Source of the DNA: Chiloscyllium plagiosum
Lineage: Eukaryota
Length of the DNA stretch: 20,000 nucleotides
Direction of reading: 5' to 3'
Assembly: GCF_004010195.1 (NCBI RefSeq)
Contig: NC_057718.1
Span: forward strand, 96,752,812 to 96,772,811
The notes below the pieces were generated by a model, which was given only the letters and a program-made list of their open reading frames with translations, was not told the origin of the DNA and made no database searches. The translations under genes and the position numbers were made by a program. Positions 19,832 through 20,000 of the stretch are shown here, piece by piece (position 1 is the first letter of the stretch; the number at the start of each line of letters is the position of its first letter).

Positions 19832-20000
19832 GGGGCTGAGGAGCAGAGACTGAGCCCGAAGGCCGTGTCTTTGGTCACGCCAACCTTCAGCCAAAGGAAG
19901 TTGTGGCTCACTCAGTACTTGCATGCTCTACACAGTGGGAGTGAAGAGAATGAGAGAGGCTGCTCTGAGGCAGACGTAACAGACACATTACCAGGACACA

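Larger units (their letters stand above)
19569..19842 (-). mobile_element. Penelope-like pLTR fragment (family of 11298-12084)
   Basis: Near-identical to 11298-11495 and starts at the same ctgaaaa(a)tgtgttgctgg boundary. Confidence 0.88.

Overview
Vertebrate, repeat-rich genomic DNA. The HE1-type V-SINEs, CR1/HER1 LINEs and Penelope-like elements point to a cartilaginous fish, probably a shark. The only host coding sequence I can support is the last coding exon of HAO1 (glycolate oxidase) on the minus strand at 12797-12867, encoding (G)CRSVKEIDKSLVKRSPWVTSRI* with a PTS1-like SRI end. On that reading 12868-20000 is HAO1's last intron and everything to the left is 3'UTR and downstream flank. 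The rest is layered retroelements, a decayed Harbinger Myb/SANT gene, a MITE and two assembly gaps. The most striking non-coding signal is a set of minimal type I hammerhead ribozyme motifs (CUGANGA / stem II / GAAA / palindromic helix III) inside Penelope pseudo-LTRs of several families. Three of these insertions share one layout: an inverted pLTR, a 35-39 nt unpaired tail and a 12-15 bp target-site duplication. Family names come from recall of consensus sequences, not from searches, and repeat boundaries are approximate.
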